A DNA stretch of 63,625 nucleotides, filler included, from Octopus bimaculoides (GCF_001194135.2; 6 parts of 6 records of this genome joined end to end with filler, not necessarily neighbours in it), one strand, 5' to 3'. Shown: positions 35,713-47,836, numbered from the whole stretch's first letter. Program-made: numbers and translations. The notes: generated from the letters alone by a model not told the origin.

Positions 35713-35749
35713 TCTTTCTGTTGAAGAGCGTAGCTCGAAACGTCAAAGA
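35713..35749 (+). ncRNA. Minimal hammerhead motif with CUGUUGA (A6U) core in a Penelope-type pLTR
   Basis: UCUUU-CUGUUGA-A-GAGC gua GCUC-GAAAC-GUC-AAAGA. Perfect 5-bp stem I and 4-bp stem II; predicted cleavage after 35744. Confidence 0.7.
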
Positions 35750-36778
35750 CTTTCCGTATTCCCGAGCGTCATACTAATGCATACTTTTGTTATTTACACA
35801 ACCTGTCCTCGTCTGTTGTTGTTTTTTCGTATATTCTCCCATATATATACATATATTTGTATATATATATAAATATATATATATACATACATGCATATAT
35901 GCATGCATGCATGCATGCATCCATGCATCCATCCACCGATCCATCCATCCATCCATACATACATACATACATATGGAGCTCTAGGCTATGTAACACACTG
36001 TCAAAGTACCAATCTTGAGAATTTATGCTTCTCAAAACCAGAAAGGAGAAAGCTGTTTCGAAGACTAAAGATCCAAACCATCACTGGAACTATAAAAATC
36101 TGTAAAACTTTGCAGAAGTTTATCATTTAAGTATATTTGAGCATGCCTAGACATGCAGCTATATGCATGAGAATACATACATAAAACAAACATACAAATC
36201 TACATATATACATACGAAATTACCCAGTTGATGTTGACATTCCATTGAAGGATCCTTGGATCAAGGTTAGAAACTGGCTCTTTCACTATTGGCATGAAAT
36301 ATTCAAATACAACTAAATAACGACATACATATATACATACATACATATATACATACATACATACATATATACATACATACATATATACATACATACATAT
36401 ATACATACATACAATTTTTGTCTATCATCAAGTGGTTTCATAATAAGTACGTGTTCATCGTCATCATCATCATCGCCGTCCCCTTGCTCATCATCACTAT
36501 TATCGTTGTCGTTCCCACCATCAGTTCTCTTCCATCCCATACTTTTCTTCCTCCTCCATCATTATCAACATCGCTGCCGTCGTAACAATCATATACATAC
36601 ATGATTATTTTATGCTTATAGTTATACATGCGATGATGAAGAGGATAAACGATGTTGATGATGATGATGATGATGATGTTAATATCAAGCGTGTACCACT
36701 TGATGAAAAATACCATATGGCTATAGAATATATGTTGTTAGACCTGAAATTATGCTTTCTCTCTCTGACACACGCACT

Positions 36779-36856
<78 letters not shown>

Positions 36857-37394
36857 NNNNNNNNNNNNNNNNNNNNNNNNNNNNNNNNNNNNNNNNNNNN
36901 NNNNNNNNNNNNNNNNNNNNNNNNNNNNNNNNNNNNNNNNNNNNNNNNNNNNNNNNNNNNNNNNNNNNNNNNNNNNNNNNNNNNNNNNNNNNNNNNNNNN
37001 NNNNNNNNNNNNNNNNNNNNNNNNNNNNNNNNNNNNNNNNNNNNNNNNNNNNNNNNNNNNNNNNNNNNNNNNNNNNNNNNNNNNNNNNNNNNNNNNNNNN
37101 NNNNNNNNNNNNNNNNNNNNNNNNNNNNNNNNNNNNNNNNNNNNNNNNNNNNNNNNNNNNNNNNNNNNNNNNNNNNNNNNNNNNNNNNNNNNNNNNNNNN
37201 NNNNNNNNNNNNNNNNNNNNNNNNNNNNNNNNNNNNNNNNNNNNNNNNNNNNNNNNNNNNNNNNNNNNNNNNNNNNNNNNNNNNNNNNNNNNNNNNNNNN
37301 NNNNNNNNNNNNNNNNNNNNNNNNNNNNNNNNNNNNNNNNNNNNNNNNNNNNNNNNNNNNNNNNNNNNNNNNNNNNNNNNNNNNNNNNNNNNNN

Positions 37395-37447
<53 letters not shown>

Positions 37448-38846
37448 CATGTATGTATGTGAGTGTGTGTTTGTGTGTCTGGATGGGTACGTGTGTTACG
37501 TGTATACACACACACACAAACACACACACACATATATATACATACACGCATATATATGCATGCATATACACACATATATCTGTATATACATATACATTCA
37601 TGCATATCCATATACATTCAAGCATATCTATACGCATTCAAGTATATCCGTATACATATATATTTCTTAATAATCAGTTCTTCGGTGTATAAGTGAATAT
37701 GTTTGCATGTACTATGTATACGATTAGATAAATAATTAGGAAATAAATCTAATTTTATACCCCTTACAGTATATCATGTCCCTATGTACATGGCAGTGCC
37801 GGCCTTTATCTTTCACCGCCTTCTCCTCTGCATTCTCCTCGCCGAAATAATCCTCTTTTCAGCGCCACTTTTTTCCCACATTCAACCTTTTGTTTTCTTC
37901 TTTTACATCTTTCTTTTTCTCTTACTTTGCATTCTCTCCTCCTTCCCCTCATCGCCGTCGTCCATACCATTATCATCATCACCTTCATCATCATCATCGC
38001 CACTCCAGCATCATCATTATTGTATTTTCCACCTTAATTTCGTCTTTTCCTTCTTTTCCTTTTCCTTCTCCTCCTCTTCCCCTCCTTCTCCTGCCCTCCT
38101 CCTCCTGCCCTCCTCCTCCTGCCCTCCTCCTCCTGCCCTCCTCCTCCTNNNNNNNNNNNNNNNNNNNNNNNNNNNNNNNNNNNNNNNNNNNNNNNNNNNN
38201 NNNNNNNNNNNNNNNNNNNNNNNNNNNNNNNNNNNNNNNNNNNNNNNNNNNNNNNNNNNNNNNNNNNNNNNNNNNNNNNNNNNNNNNNNNNNNNNNNNNN
38301 NNNNNNNNNNNNNNNNNNNNNNNNNNNNNNNNNNNNNNNNNNNNNNNNNNNNNNNNNNNNNNNNNNNNNNNNNNNNNNNNNNNNNNNNNNNNNNNNNNNN
38401 NNNNNNNNNNNNNNNNNNNNNNNNNNNNNNNNNNNNNNNNNNNNNNNNNNNNNNNNNNNNNNNNNNNNNNNNNNNNNNNNNNNNNNNNNNNNNNNNNNNN
38501 NNNNNNNNNNNNNNNNNNNNNNNNNNNNNNNNNNNNNNNNNNNNNNNNNNNNNNNNNNNNNNNNNNNNNNNNNNNNNNNNNNNNNNNNNNNNNNNNNNNN
38601 NNNNNNNNNNNNNNNNNNNNNNNNNNNNNNNNNNNNNNNNNNNNNNNNNNNNNNNNNNNNNNNNNNNNNNNNNNNNNNNNNNNNNNNNNNNNNNNNNNNN
38701 NNNNNNNNNNNNNNNNNNNNNNNNNNNNNNNNNNNNNNNNNNNNNNNNNNNNNNNNNNNNNNNNNNNNNNNNNNNNNNNNNNNNNNNNNNNNNNNNNNNN
38801 NNNNNNNNNNNNNNNNNNNNNNNNNNNNNNNNNNNNNNNNNNNNNN

Positions 38847-38905
<59 letters not shown>

Positions 38906-39356
38906 TCTCTCTCGCCTTCAGTGTCTGTCATCACAATATGGAGTCCTACCTTATCAAACTATCGGCTCATAAAGATATATGCCTATATACATACTTTGAA
39001 TCGAACAAATAAAGCAATAAATTTATATTTTCCATTTCGTCTACCCAATTTTCACGGTACAGATAAAGTTCACTTAAAACGAATCTTTTTTGTGTTTGTT
39101 TGTTGTGAAAATATACGACGGAATGGAATTTTCCAAAGTAGTAAATATATCAATTTATGCTTATATGGATAAATGAAGGCACAGACGCGAGCGGGAGACA
39201 GTGGATGTGTGTCTTAGTGTGCATGTGTATGTGTGTGCGTGCGCAATGTGTGCGCATGTGTGTGCGCATGTGCATGTGTGTATGTATGTCAGTATGTTTG
39301 TGCCTAAGTACCTGTGTGTATATGTATATTTATCATATATGTATATATAATTTATG

Positions 39357-39395
<39 letters not shown>

Positions 39396-39603
39396 NNNNN
39401 NNNNNCGCACATATATATGCACATATATATGCATACATATATGACTACACATGTGGTCAAATATGTATGCATGTATATATAGATAAACATAAATATATAT
39501 ATACATTTATTATATGTATCCCTATACAAACACGCACATTTTGTGTGTCTGCGTGTCTGTGCGTGTGCGTGTGTTAGTATGTGTGTGTTTGTGTGTGTGT
39601 CTG

Positions 39604-39644
<41 letters not shown>

Positions 39645-40234
39645 ACGTGTGTGTATGTATAGGTGTGAAAACAGACACATGTAAAGATATACTATTATCT
39701 ACGTACGTATAAATACATTCCTACGTATAAATATATTCCTACGTATATAGTTGCATAAATATATAAGCTTATGTACATATATATACATATATACATACAT
39801 ATACATATATAAAAACACATACACGCACACCAACGCACGTATAGAAATACGTACAAACACAAACACATATACAGAGATGATGTTTCGCTTTATTAATATA
39901 GACTGCTAACAGCACTATATCTTCATAGCCTGTCGTTACAAAGCTTCGTAGCAAATTTTCATGTGCTTTGGACACGCTTGTCCTATGTAACGCCATTTTA
40001 AATGCTGATAGAGCCAGGCTCAACAAATGCATTACTCGATTTTTATGGCAGCCGATGGAATATATTTGCATACGACTCACTAGGTTGTCACTGAATTGTT
40101 TGTTAGGTGTGTAGTTTAACATACTATACGTGTTCTCTATCAGTGCTGGCGTGTTTTGCCAAATGTATGCACTGATGTGAAAATGTATGGATGTAATCAT
40201 AAACGTATATGCAATTAATGTATATGTATATATA

Positions 40235-40334
40235 NNNNNNNNNNNNNNNNNNNNNNNNNNNNNNNNNNNNNNNNNNNNTTAATTAATTAANNNNNNNNNN
40301 NNNNNNNNNNNNNNNNNNNNNNNNNNNNNNNNNN
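40235..40334. other. Artificial scaffold spacer 4
   Basis: 44N + TTAATTAATTAA (40279-40290) + 44N. Confidence 0.95.
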
Positions 40335-40660
40335 AAGAGCCAGTCCGGGGGCACTGGCAACGATCTCGCTCGAAAATCCTTACACATGTCACGGGGACAA
40401 GTGCCAGAAAGGCGACGCTGGGCACAGGTGCTATCCCGATTTCGCTTGCCCCAATAAGTCTTCACAAGCTGAGTTTCGTGTCCAATGAAGGAGACGACGT
40501 TGGCATGGGCGCCAGTCGTCAAATTTAGTTCGATTTCACTTGCCTCAACAAGTCTTCCCAAGCAGAGTTTAGTGTCCAATGTAGGAAAGGTACGCATAAG
40601 TGGGCTGGCTACACACCTGGCAGAGGCCTTGGATTTAGGTCTCACTTGGCTTGCTGGGTC
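40335..40660 (-). mobile_element. GC-richer dispersed repeat fragment with an internal ~94-bp duplication
   Basis: cgatttcgcttgccccaataagtcttcacaagctgagtttcgtgtccaatg (40437) versus cgatttcacttgcctcaacaagtcttcccaagcagagtttagtgtccaatg (40531). Strand and class uncertain. Confidence 0.5.
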
Positions 40661-40774
40661 TTATATATATATATATGTATTATAAATATATATATATATA
40701 TATGTATTATATATATATATTATCTATATATGTATCATATATATATATTATATACATGTATATAGATAAATATA

Positions 40775-40930
40775 TATATGGCCTCAAATCTCACCTGCGA
40801 AACCATGGAAAACAAACTTCAACCAGCTATTCTGACTATATGTCTGTGCACACATTTGAATGTGGTGTGTGCCAGGGGGCTTGCAAATCCAATGGGGGTC
40901 TTAAAAGACACATGCAATTTTAAAAATGCA
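40775..40930 (+). mobile_element. RTE LINE 3' terminal zinc-finger remnant
   Basis: YGLKSHLRNHGKQ...FECGVCQGACKSNGGLKRHM; isolated between microsatellites with no splice context. Confidence 0.5.
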
Positions 40931-43900
40931 TATCTTTAAAGACAGTATAGTATACATATAATATATATCTATATAGTATAATGAGGAAAATTACTTATTA
41001 ATTAGTCATGAGTATGTACCTTTTTCTAAAAGAAAGCAATTAATGTCTACATTCTCTAGAAAATTTTAAAATTCTAATTTTAATATAGTTTTTATCAAAA
41101 TGTGATTTTTAAGTACTTTTATAAATTGAAGATTTCAACTATTTAATTTAAAAAAAAAAAACCCAACTTTAATTCACTGCATGATAGTATTTTATTAAAT
41201 CTTACACTACTTCCTTCTCTCTTTCTTTCCATCTCTTCATTTACCACCTCTGTTACTAATACTCTTCTTTCTTTATCATCATAACTTTTACTTCTTTAAT
41301 TCTTATCCTTAGTGTCTTTCCTTGCAACTCTCTCTCACATACACACATCCATCCTTATTCATTAAAAATAGGTGATTACAAAGTTATATCAAAATTACAC
41401 AGAAATATTTTATTTCAAGTTTCATTCTGTTATACATAAATGTGTAAGCCCTGGTCCTTTGAATAATGAAGACCTTGATTAATTTCTGTGTCAACACCAT
41501 TAACTCTATGTCTATTGTTAGATAATATATTGATTTCATTTAACATATTGATTACAATACAATAATACAATATACATACTACACTATTTGTTTCCATACT
41601 AGAATTTTTCAATTCATCTTATACAAGTAGAAACACTGACCTTGGGGTGGTGTTTTTGCTATTATATTTAAAAGACATATACAGTATTAAAATAGACACA
41701 TCTTTACAAACATATACAATATTAAAATAGATTTATCTTTACAGACATACACAGCTTTAAAATAGACATATCTTAACAGATATATACTTTTTAAAAGTAT
41801 ACATAACTTTACAAGTACATAAAATGACCACTGAAAATTTCTTTTTTATAATTGAATTATCACTATCTACTTTTCCATACTTGAATAGGTCAGATGGAGT
41901 TTACTGAGACAAATTTTCCACAGCCAGATGCCTTTTCTGTTACTAACCCTCACCAACTTCTAAGCAAGGTAATATTTCCTCATGGCCAGACATGCTTTGG
42001 CAGGATATTGGAAATGAATGATACTGCTTGTACGACAGTAACAAACATTTACAAGTATCATGCTATGTCAAGACAAAAACCCCTCTCACGTATGTGTGTG
42101 TTTGTGTACATACAATGGGTTTCTTTCAGTTTCCATACACCAAATCCACTCACAAGGCTATCATAGGAGACACTTAACTAAGGTGGGAGTGAACCCAGAA
42201 CCATGTTGTTGGGAAGCAAACTTCTTAATTGCACTAAGCAGTAATTTGTATACTATTGTACACTATTAATAAATATACTAAGCTATAAGTTAGTTGCTTT
42301 TTGTTTTATGACACCTCCTAAAAATTCTCAGAACGGAATGATCTGCTCCAATCTTAGTAAGAATGTAACCAAAGGAAAAGAAGTGAGTAAAACGTTAATG
42401 TTTTTGCTGACACAACCTAATTTCTGGAATATAATTTCTTTTTCTAGTAACAACAACAGTGCATAATATGTAGAAAAAATGCAGTGGGGATGAAGGAAAA
42501 TGAATGAAGTGATAGAGTCAGTGAGTTTGAACGAAAAATCACAATGCCAAAAGAGAGAAAAGTAGTTATCAGTGAAAGATTTTACAACCAAGCAAGTGAC
42601 ATTTTAAAAAATATGGTCCCAACTATTTCTAACTTGAGAGTTGATAGCAGGATACATTGTTCTACTGCAGATATTTTAATAGCAAACTGCTATTTAGATA
42701 ACAAGTCTAGTGAATTTAACTGATGTTTCAATTAAAAAGTTTTATTTTTGAAGTTGAAATTACTGTGCAAATTTTGTTTTATGAAACTTATTTAATTAAT
42801 AAGAAAACTAGAATTGATTATGATCTAAAAATAATTGGTACACAATAATAATATAAGAGTCTTCGTAATTAACAAAAATCATTCTTTAAGTATACAAAAC
42901 TACAGTAAATAGTGACGATAACATTAAGCAAGAAATATATAAAGTATTTGACAGCATACAGAGAAGAAAGATTAAGTGGGAATAAATTGAGGAGTTGATC
43001 TGAAAGCAATAAAGGTAAAAGACACAACAAAGAAAACAACATGGTTTGTCCTGAAGTAGATAGGATAAGCACAAAATAAGATATAACATGACATTATGAA
43101 AGATTACAGTGAATATTGAACAGCAATATTGAACAGAGGTCTATTTTGATGCAAGATAAAACAAGAAGAAAAAGGACGTCTCCCAGAGATGTGTAATATT
43201 TAGTTTGTATATATTTATGCAGTGAAATCATGCCAGTAGAGAAATGGGAAAATATTTATCTAAAGCTATAATTGGGTAAATACAAGAAAATCAGGAGAAT
43301 AATCTGCTTACCGATTCAGAAACATCATCACAATTCTAAGTCAGGAACCGTAGCAGATAGAAAAGAACTCAGTTATTTTATATATTTTTATATATTTTAC
43401 TTATATAAAAGAAAACACACACTATTTTGTTATTTATCTCAGAATAATTAGATAAAAAGATAATAAATATGCAATAAAAACTATTGCATATGTTATATGT
43501 GATTAAAAATAATGTCCAATTGTTTCCTTTTCCTGCTTCTTCTACTGCAATTTACTGTAAAGGTTTCTACTCATCAAATAAACCAGTTCTATGCTACCAT
43601 TTCTTAAATCATTTAAAAATCTTTCCCTCATCCTATATCTTTATGGGGTTTCACCTGATATTGTATGCTATACCTTTTGTCCAAAATAAGGATTACATAA
43701 CATGGGAACTCTATGCTGATATATTTTTTTGTAATCATGTTATAACAGAAGAGAAATTATGAAAAATATTAATGTCTTATTCTTGCTATTAGTTCTAGTA
43801 TCATGCTATGTCAAGACAAAAACCCCTCTCCCATATGTACATGAAATGGCAAGTTAGTACTCTTTCTGCTAATTTTAATTGTGTTAATTTAATATGGAAA

Positions 43901-44178
43901 GTATATATACATATATATCCATGAATAAGAGAAATGGCAGAGTAGATAGATACTATAGTGATACTAAACATATCCTGTTGGTTCTTGAGTAAAATGAATC
44001 ATTGGACATCACACTTAATTCTTAACTAAACAGGCATTCTATCAAAACTAATAAAAAAAGAAAAAAAAACTGACCTAACAATGTACACATCACTAAACAG
44101 GGGTCTTGCATGCTCTCTGTCTGTCTATCCCATTGTATTTAAACCCACCACAAAAATACATCTTAATAGAAGTCATCA

Positions 44179-44256
44179 TCACGAAGGAAGATTTAAATGT
44201 CCACTGTGTTGTTGTTGTTGCTTTGATTGAACAAATGTAAAGTGTTTCAGCTCTGA
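44179..44256 (-). CDS. Terminal coding exon of an unidentified minus-strand coiled-coil protein gene
   Basis: aattgtacag|SELKHFTFVQSKQQQQHSGHLNLPS*; phase 0 matches the upstream exon. Followed by a long AT-rich putative 3' UTR. Confidence 0.6.
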   Translation of the reverse strand, partial: SELKHFTFVQSKQQQQHSGHLNLPS

Positions 44257-45213
44257 CTGTACAATTTTTAGAAAGATTAGTTCAGACAGTATATGTAAGA
44301 CTACATTATCCAGTAGTGCCCTTCATTTTTAAAGACAGGTTATGATCTAAGCGACTGATATTTTGAGCAAATCAAATAACTATATAAAGACTCCCACACT
44401 GGTGACATATTTACTGTATTTGTAACTGTGGCCATAGATGTGTAAGTTGTATTATACAAACAGGATTTTGTTAAATATTCAGTTAACTATAATGTAAATT
44501 TTAAGAAAGTTGTCTATTTCTTGGGTGAAATAGTAAGCTAAACTGATTCCATAAAAGTCAGTTTAAAGCAGTGATTCTTAAACAATATACTGAAGCACAA
44601 TGGTGCATTATTAAAAACCATGAAGGACATGTAGGTATACCTTAAATTTTTTTAGTTATAATTTAAAGGTTTATAAAATCCAAATTATTGCTTGGATGTC
44701 TTCAAAAACCTAATTTTATTATCATACACATATATAATTAATAAACCAAATATGCAATAGTTTTCAATAGTTTAATTAAATTTTTAAATTTTAAAACAGC
44801 ACCTTTTCGCTGAAACTTGCTTTTAGATTACATATGTGACTTTCTTAATTGACCTCCATTGTTCCATGAAATCAAAAGGATTTGGAATCACTGCTTCAGA
44901 GATATATAGCAACAAAGAACTAAAGTCTCCAATAGAATAGAAAATGAAATACTATTCTGAACTCCATATTGTTGTAAATTTTCTAGTCCACTACACAACT
45001 GATGTTCTATCAATTATGTAAAATATAATTTTATATTTTGATATAGGACCTTCGTATCCAAATGGTTTTACTTCTTCCATTTTTTTTTTCCTTTTTCAAT
45101 TTTAAAAAATAATGCTAATTCATGTTACTCACAGCACCATTTATAATTTTAAACACACTTTACAAACAGCTATGGGTGTAATTATGCCCACATTCCTTTG
45201 CACTATATAAACC

Positions 45214-45393
45214 CAGTTCTATATTTAAGAGATGAGGAATTATGTACATTATCTACATTTGATAGATATTTGTCCTCATCTTGTTTGTTGTTAACACAAT
45301 GTTTTAGCTGATATACCCTCCAGCCTTCATCAGGTGTCTTGGGGAAATTTCGAACCTGGGTTCTCATTCCTAAGGTATTTTTCGATGTTGTTG

Positions 45394-45430
<37 letters not shown>

Positions 45431-45540
45431 CATCATTATTATTATTATTATCATTATTATTATTCAGGTCCCTACTTGGAATCAAACTCGGAATCTTGGG
45501 GTTAGTAGCCTGCGCTCTTAACCACTACAACATATGCCCG
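45214..45540 (-). mobile_element. tRNA-headed SINE-like element carrying a Penelope-type pLTR with hammerhead
   Basis: Minus strand: ggcatatgttgtagtggttaagagcgcaggctactaaccccaagattccgagtttgattcc (A/B-box-like head, 45462-45539), (AAT)n, then catcgaaaaataccttaggaatgagaaccc...gacacCTGATGAaggctg..cagctAAAAcattgtgtt. Confidence 0.75.
45293..45338 (-). ncRNA. Hammerhead motif, CpG-decayed copy
   Basis: GACAC-CUGAUGA-A-GGCUG gaggguauau CAGCU-AAAA-C-AUU-GUGUU. The three changes from a canonical motif are all C>T/G>A at CpG sites. Confidence 0.65.
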
Positions 45541-45700
45541 TAATAATAATATCGAAAAAAACCTTAGGAATGAGAACCCAGGTTTGAAATTTCCCCAAGA
45601 CACCTGATGAAGGCTGCAGGGTATATCAGCCGAAATGTTGTGTTAACAACAAACAAGATGAGGACAAATATCCATCAAATGTAAATAATGTGAATAATGT
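45541..45700 (+). mobile_element. Inverted second copy of the hammerhead-bearing pLTR, abutting the tRNA head
   Basis: taataataatatcgaaaaaaaccttaggaatgagaacccagg...aacaacaaacaagatgaggacaaatatc is the reverse complement of ~45250-45400. Confidence 0.85.
45599..45644 (+). ncRNA. Minimal type I hammerhead ribozyme with canonical core
   Basis: GACAC-CUGAUGA-A-GGCUG caggguauau CAGCC-GAAA-U-GUU-GUGUU. Stem I GACAC/GUGUU, 5-bp stem II; predicted cleavage after 45639. Confidence 0.75.
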
Positions 45701-45925
45701 ATATATAAATCCCTTTCTAAACAAATTAATTGTTATTTTTAAAATGAAATAAATAAACAATTAAAATACAAGTGCTAGATAAACAAAGAAACATAACATT
45801 TTGGATTATTTAGAATATATTCTAATATATTTTTATAGAGCACAAATACACACTTTTAGAACTGGAAAAAAAAACAATAAAGCTATTTTACAGAAGAAAT
45901 GGGAAAAAAGCAATAAAATGTTTAC

Positions 45926-46059
45926 CTCAGCCATTGATTCTTTGAGGGAGCTGATATTGTTACTATTGTTTTGAGCAATAACATTCTGTTCAAGAGCTTG
46001 TTTCAAACGATCTCTTTCTGTGGATACCATTCTAACCAATGACTTGAGTATGTCATGAA
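45926..46059 (-). CDS. Internal exon of the minus-strand coiled-coil gene
   Basis: ttccttcctttttag|(V)HDILKSLVRMVSTERDRLKQALEQNVIAQNNSNNISSLKESMAE|gtaaac; phase 1 to 0. Confidence 0.8.
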
Positions 46060-46527
46060 CTAAAAAGGAAGGAAGGAAAAATATTAGTGGAACATTTAAA
46101 CTTTTTTCTCCTTTCCATTGCCATATATGGAATAATGATATACACTATTGATGGGCTTCAATTAATTTTGAGAATAATCAAGAATTATTAGGAATTTATA
46201 AGTTTTTCATTATTAAACCAGTGTTTAGAACATGATAAAAAATAAAAAAAAATTAAAATCCATGAAAACAGAAAAGTTTTGTATTATGGCTCCAGGTGAA
46301 GATTTGGGGAGGCTGACTAGTATGAAAAGAGTTAAATTATGTTACAAACAAGATAATTCACCACAAAATAATAAGGTAGACTCCAACAAAACTGTATCAA
46401 GAAAAGGGAATGAACGAAATTTTGGTTAAAATTATATTTAATAATTTTAAATGGGAAATGTATGAGAACCCAATGTTGGGATGAATGGTTATGCTTATGC
46501 ATAAAATATGTGTGTGTGTGTGCACGC

Positions 46528-46580
<53 letters not shown>

Positions 46581-46599
46581 CACGCACACAGAAAAACAA

Positions 46600-47160
46600 G
46601 ACGAAGACAGGTGTATGAACAACAAGCAGGTGTATTAGTTTGACGCTTGGGAAAATGAAAAAGTCTTTTACATTTCAAGCCTACGCTCTTCAACAGAAAG
46701 GAATAAGAGAAAATAAACAGAGAGAGAATGAAAAAGACCTGTAGATTTAGCAGTCAAGCATGGTGAATGATTAGAAAAAACTCTGAAAGAAAATTTTGGA
46801 AGAAAGGGAGATAATAGAGTGCTGGTGATCCCAAATGAAGGTGCATGTGTATGTGAGAATGGTGTGTGTGAATGTGTGTGTATGTGTGAATAGGGGCTAG
46901 TGACTTTGATATGTGTAAGTGTGTGCGGCTCTAAACATGCGGCTGGTCATATAGTGGTATGTGTGGTGACGCAATTGAAGATTGTGTGTGGGTGTGTGGA
47001 TGATGGTGTGTGGTGTGGGTGCTGGGAAGTGACCACTGCTAGTGTGTGAGGAGTGGTGTCGGGTGTGGGATGGGTGTGTGTGGGGGGTTGGTATCAATGA
47101 GGAGAGGAGGTGGATAGGAGTGAAGAAAGGAAGCAGGTGCTAGATGAAGAGAGGAGGGGG
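46600..47160 (-). mobile_element. Penelope-type 3' region/pLTR in an intron of the minus-strand gene
   Basis: C/A-rich then pyrimidine-rich 3' region ending in the same pLTR as ~35660-35830 (gagcgtc..actaat.ca), with a hammerhead at 46663-46700. Confidence 0.65.
46663..46700 (-). ncRNA. Hammerhead motif with CUGUUGA (A6U) core, second copy
   Basis: Minus strand CUUU-CUGUUGA-A-GAGC guag GCUU-GAAA-U-GUA-AAAG-AC. Confidence 0.65.
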
Positions 47161-47610
47161 CTACTGACGATATATATATATACACATATGTTGTCAGTAG
47201 TTCATATATCTGAAAAAGAAGTACACTCTAAGAAATTGAAGCAGTAATATATTTTTTAGGGAGTTAATTGCTATGGCTAATCATAGAGTGACCATTAGTT
47301 TTGCCTCTATAAAGCTTGGCCATATAAGTGACTCATCAGACTCTTATGAATTGCCTTTACAGCTAAGCAGTTTATATGTGCAAAACCACACACTAGATAT
47401 ATACTACTGGTTTCTTTCAGTTTTTGTCTACTAAATCAACTGACAAGGCTTTGGTATAATATAAGATATTTACCCAAAATTCCTTGTAGAGTGACTGAAC
47501 CTGAAACCACTACATTAAGGAGCAAGTTTCTTAACCACATAGTGACACCCGCATCTAATATTTTGTAAAAATTAGAGAAACTACATCAGTAAAGTAAAAT
47601 GATGACTCAC

Positions 47611-47836
47611 CAGATTGTGCTCGATTCAGAAACATTTCTCTCAACTTAATTTCTTTGATTCGTTGTTCATGATTGGTAAGTGAGGAAAATTCAGAAATGC
47701 TATGTGGTCGGCTTTTTTCCTGTTCATATGTGATCAAGTTAGGGTTGGAACAGCTAAGGTGTATCCGATCAGGTGTCACAGACAGAACATTGCGGTCCTG
47801 TGGAGAAGCAGCTAAAACATTGGAAGAACCTGAGAC
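47611..47836 (-). CDS. Internal exon of the minus-strand coiled-coil gene (most 5' exon before the scaffold join)
   Basis: tttttcttaacag|VSGSSNVLAASPQDRNVLSVTPDRIHLSCSNPNLITYEQEKSRPHSISEFSSLTNHEQRIKEIKLREMFLNRAQS-g|gtgagt; phase 0 to 1, compatible with the next exon. Confidence 0.8.

Noticed and set aside
39880-40200. 143-aa minus-strand ORF with about 110 non-repetitive residues
   Set aside because: No recognisable motif or convincing splice pair; within expectation for chance ORFs given alternative starts.
31545-40930. Single C2H2-like motifs at 31.6 kb and 40.8 kb as host zinc-finger genes
   Set aside because: They lack TGEKPY linkers and splice sites, and fit RTE LINE terminal zinc fingers better.
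47161-47200. Short hairpin ctactgacga...ttgtcagtag
   Set aside because: The stem is too short and partly microsatellite-derived for a miRNA precursor call.
47305-47350. Minus-strand CUGAUGA-GUCA...UGGC hammerhead-like string
   Set aside because: GAAA is replaced by CAAG and there is no convincing stem I or III; likely chance.
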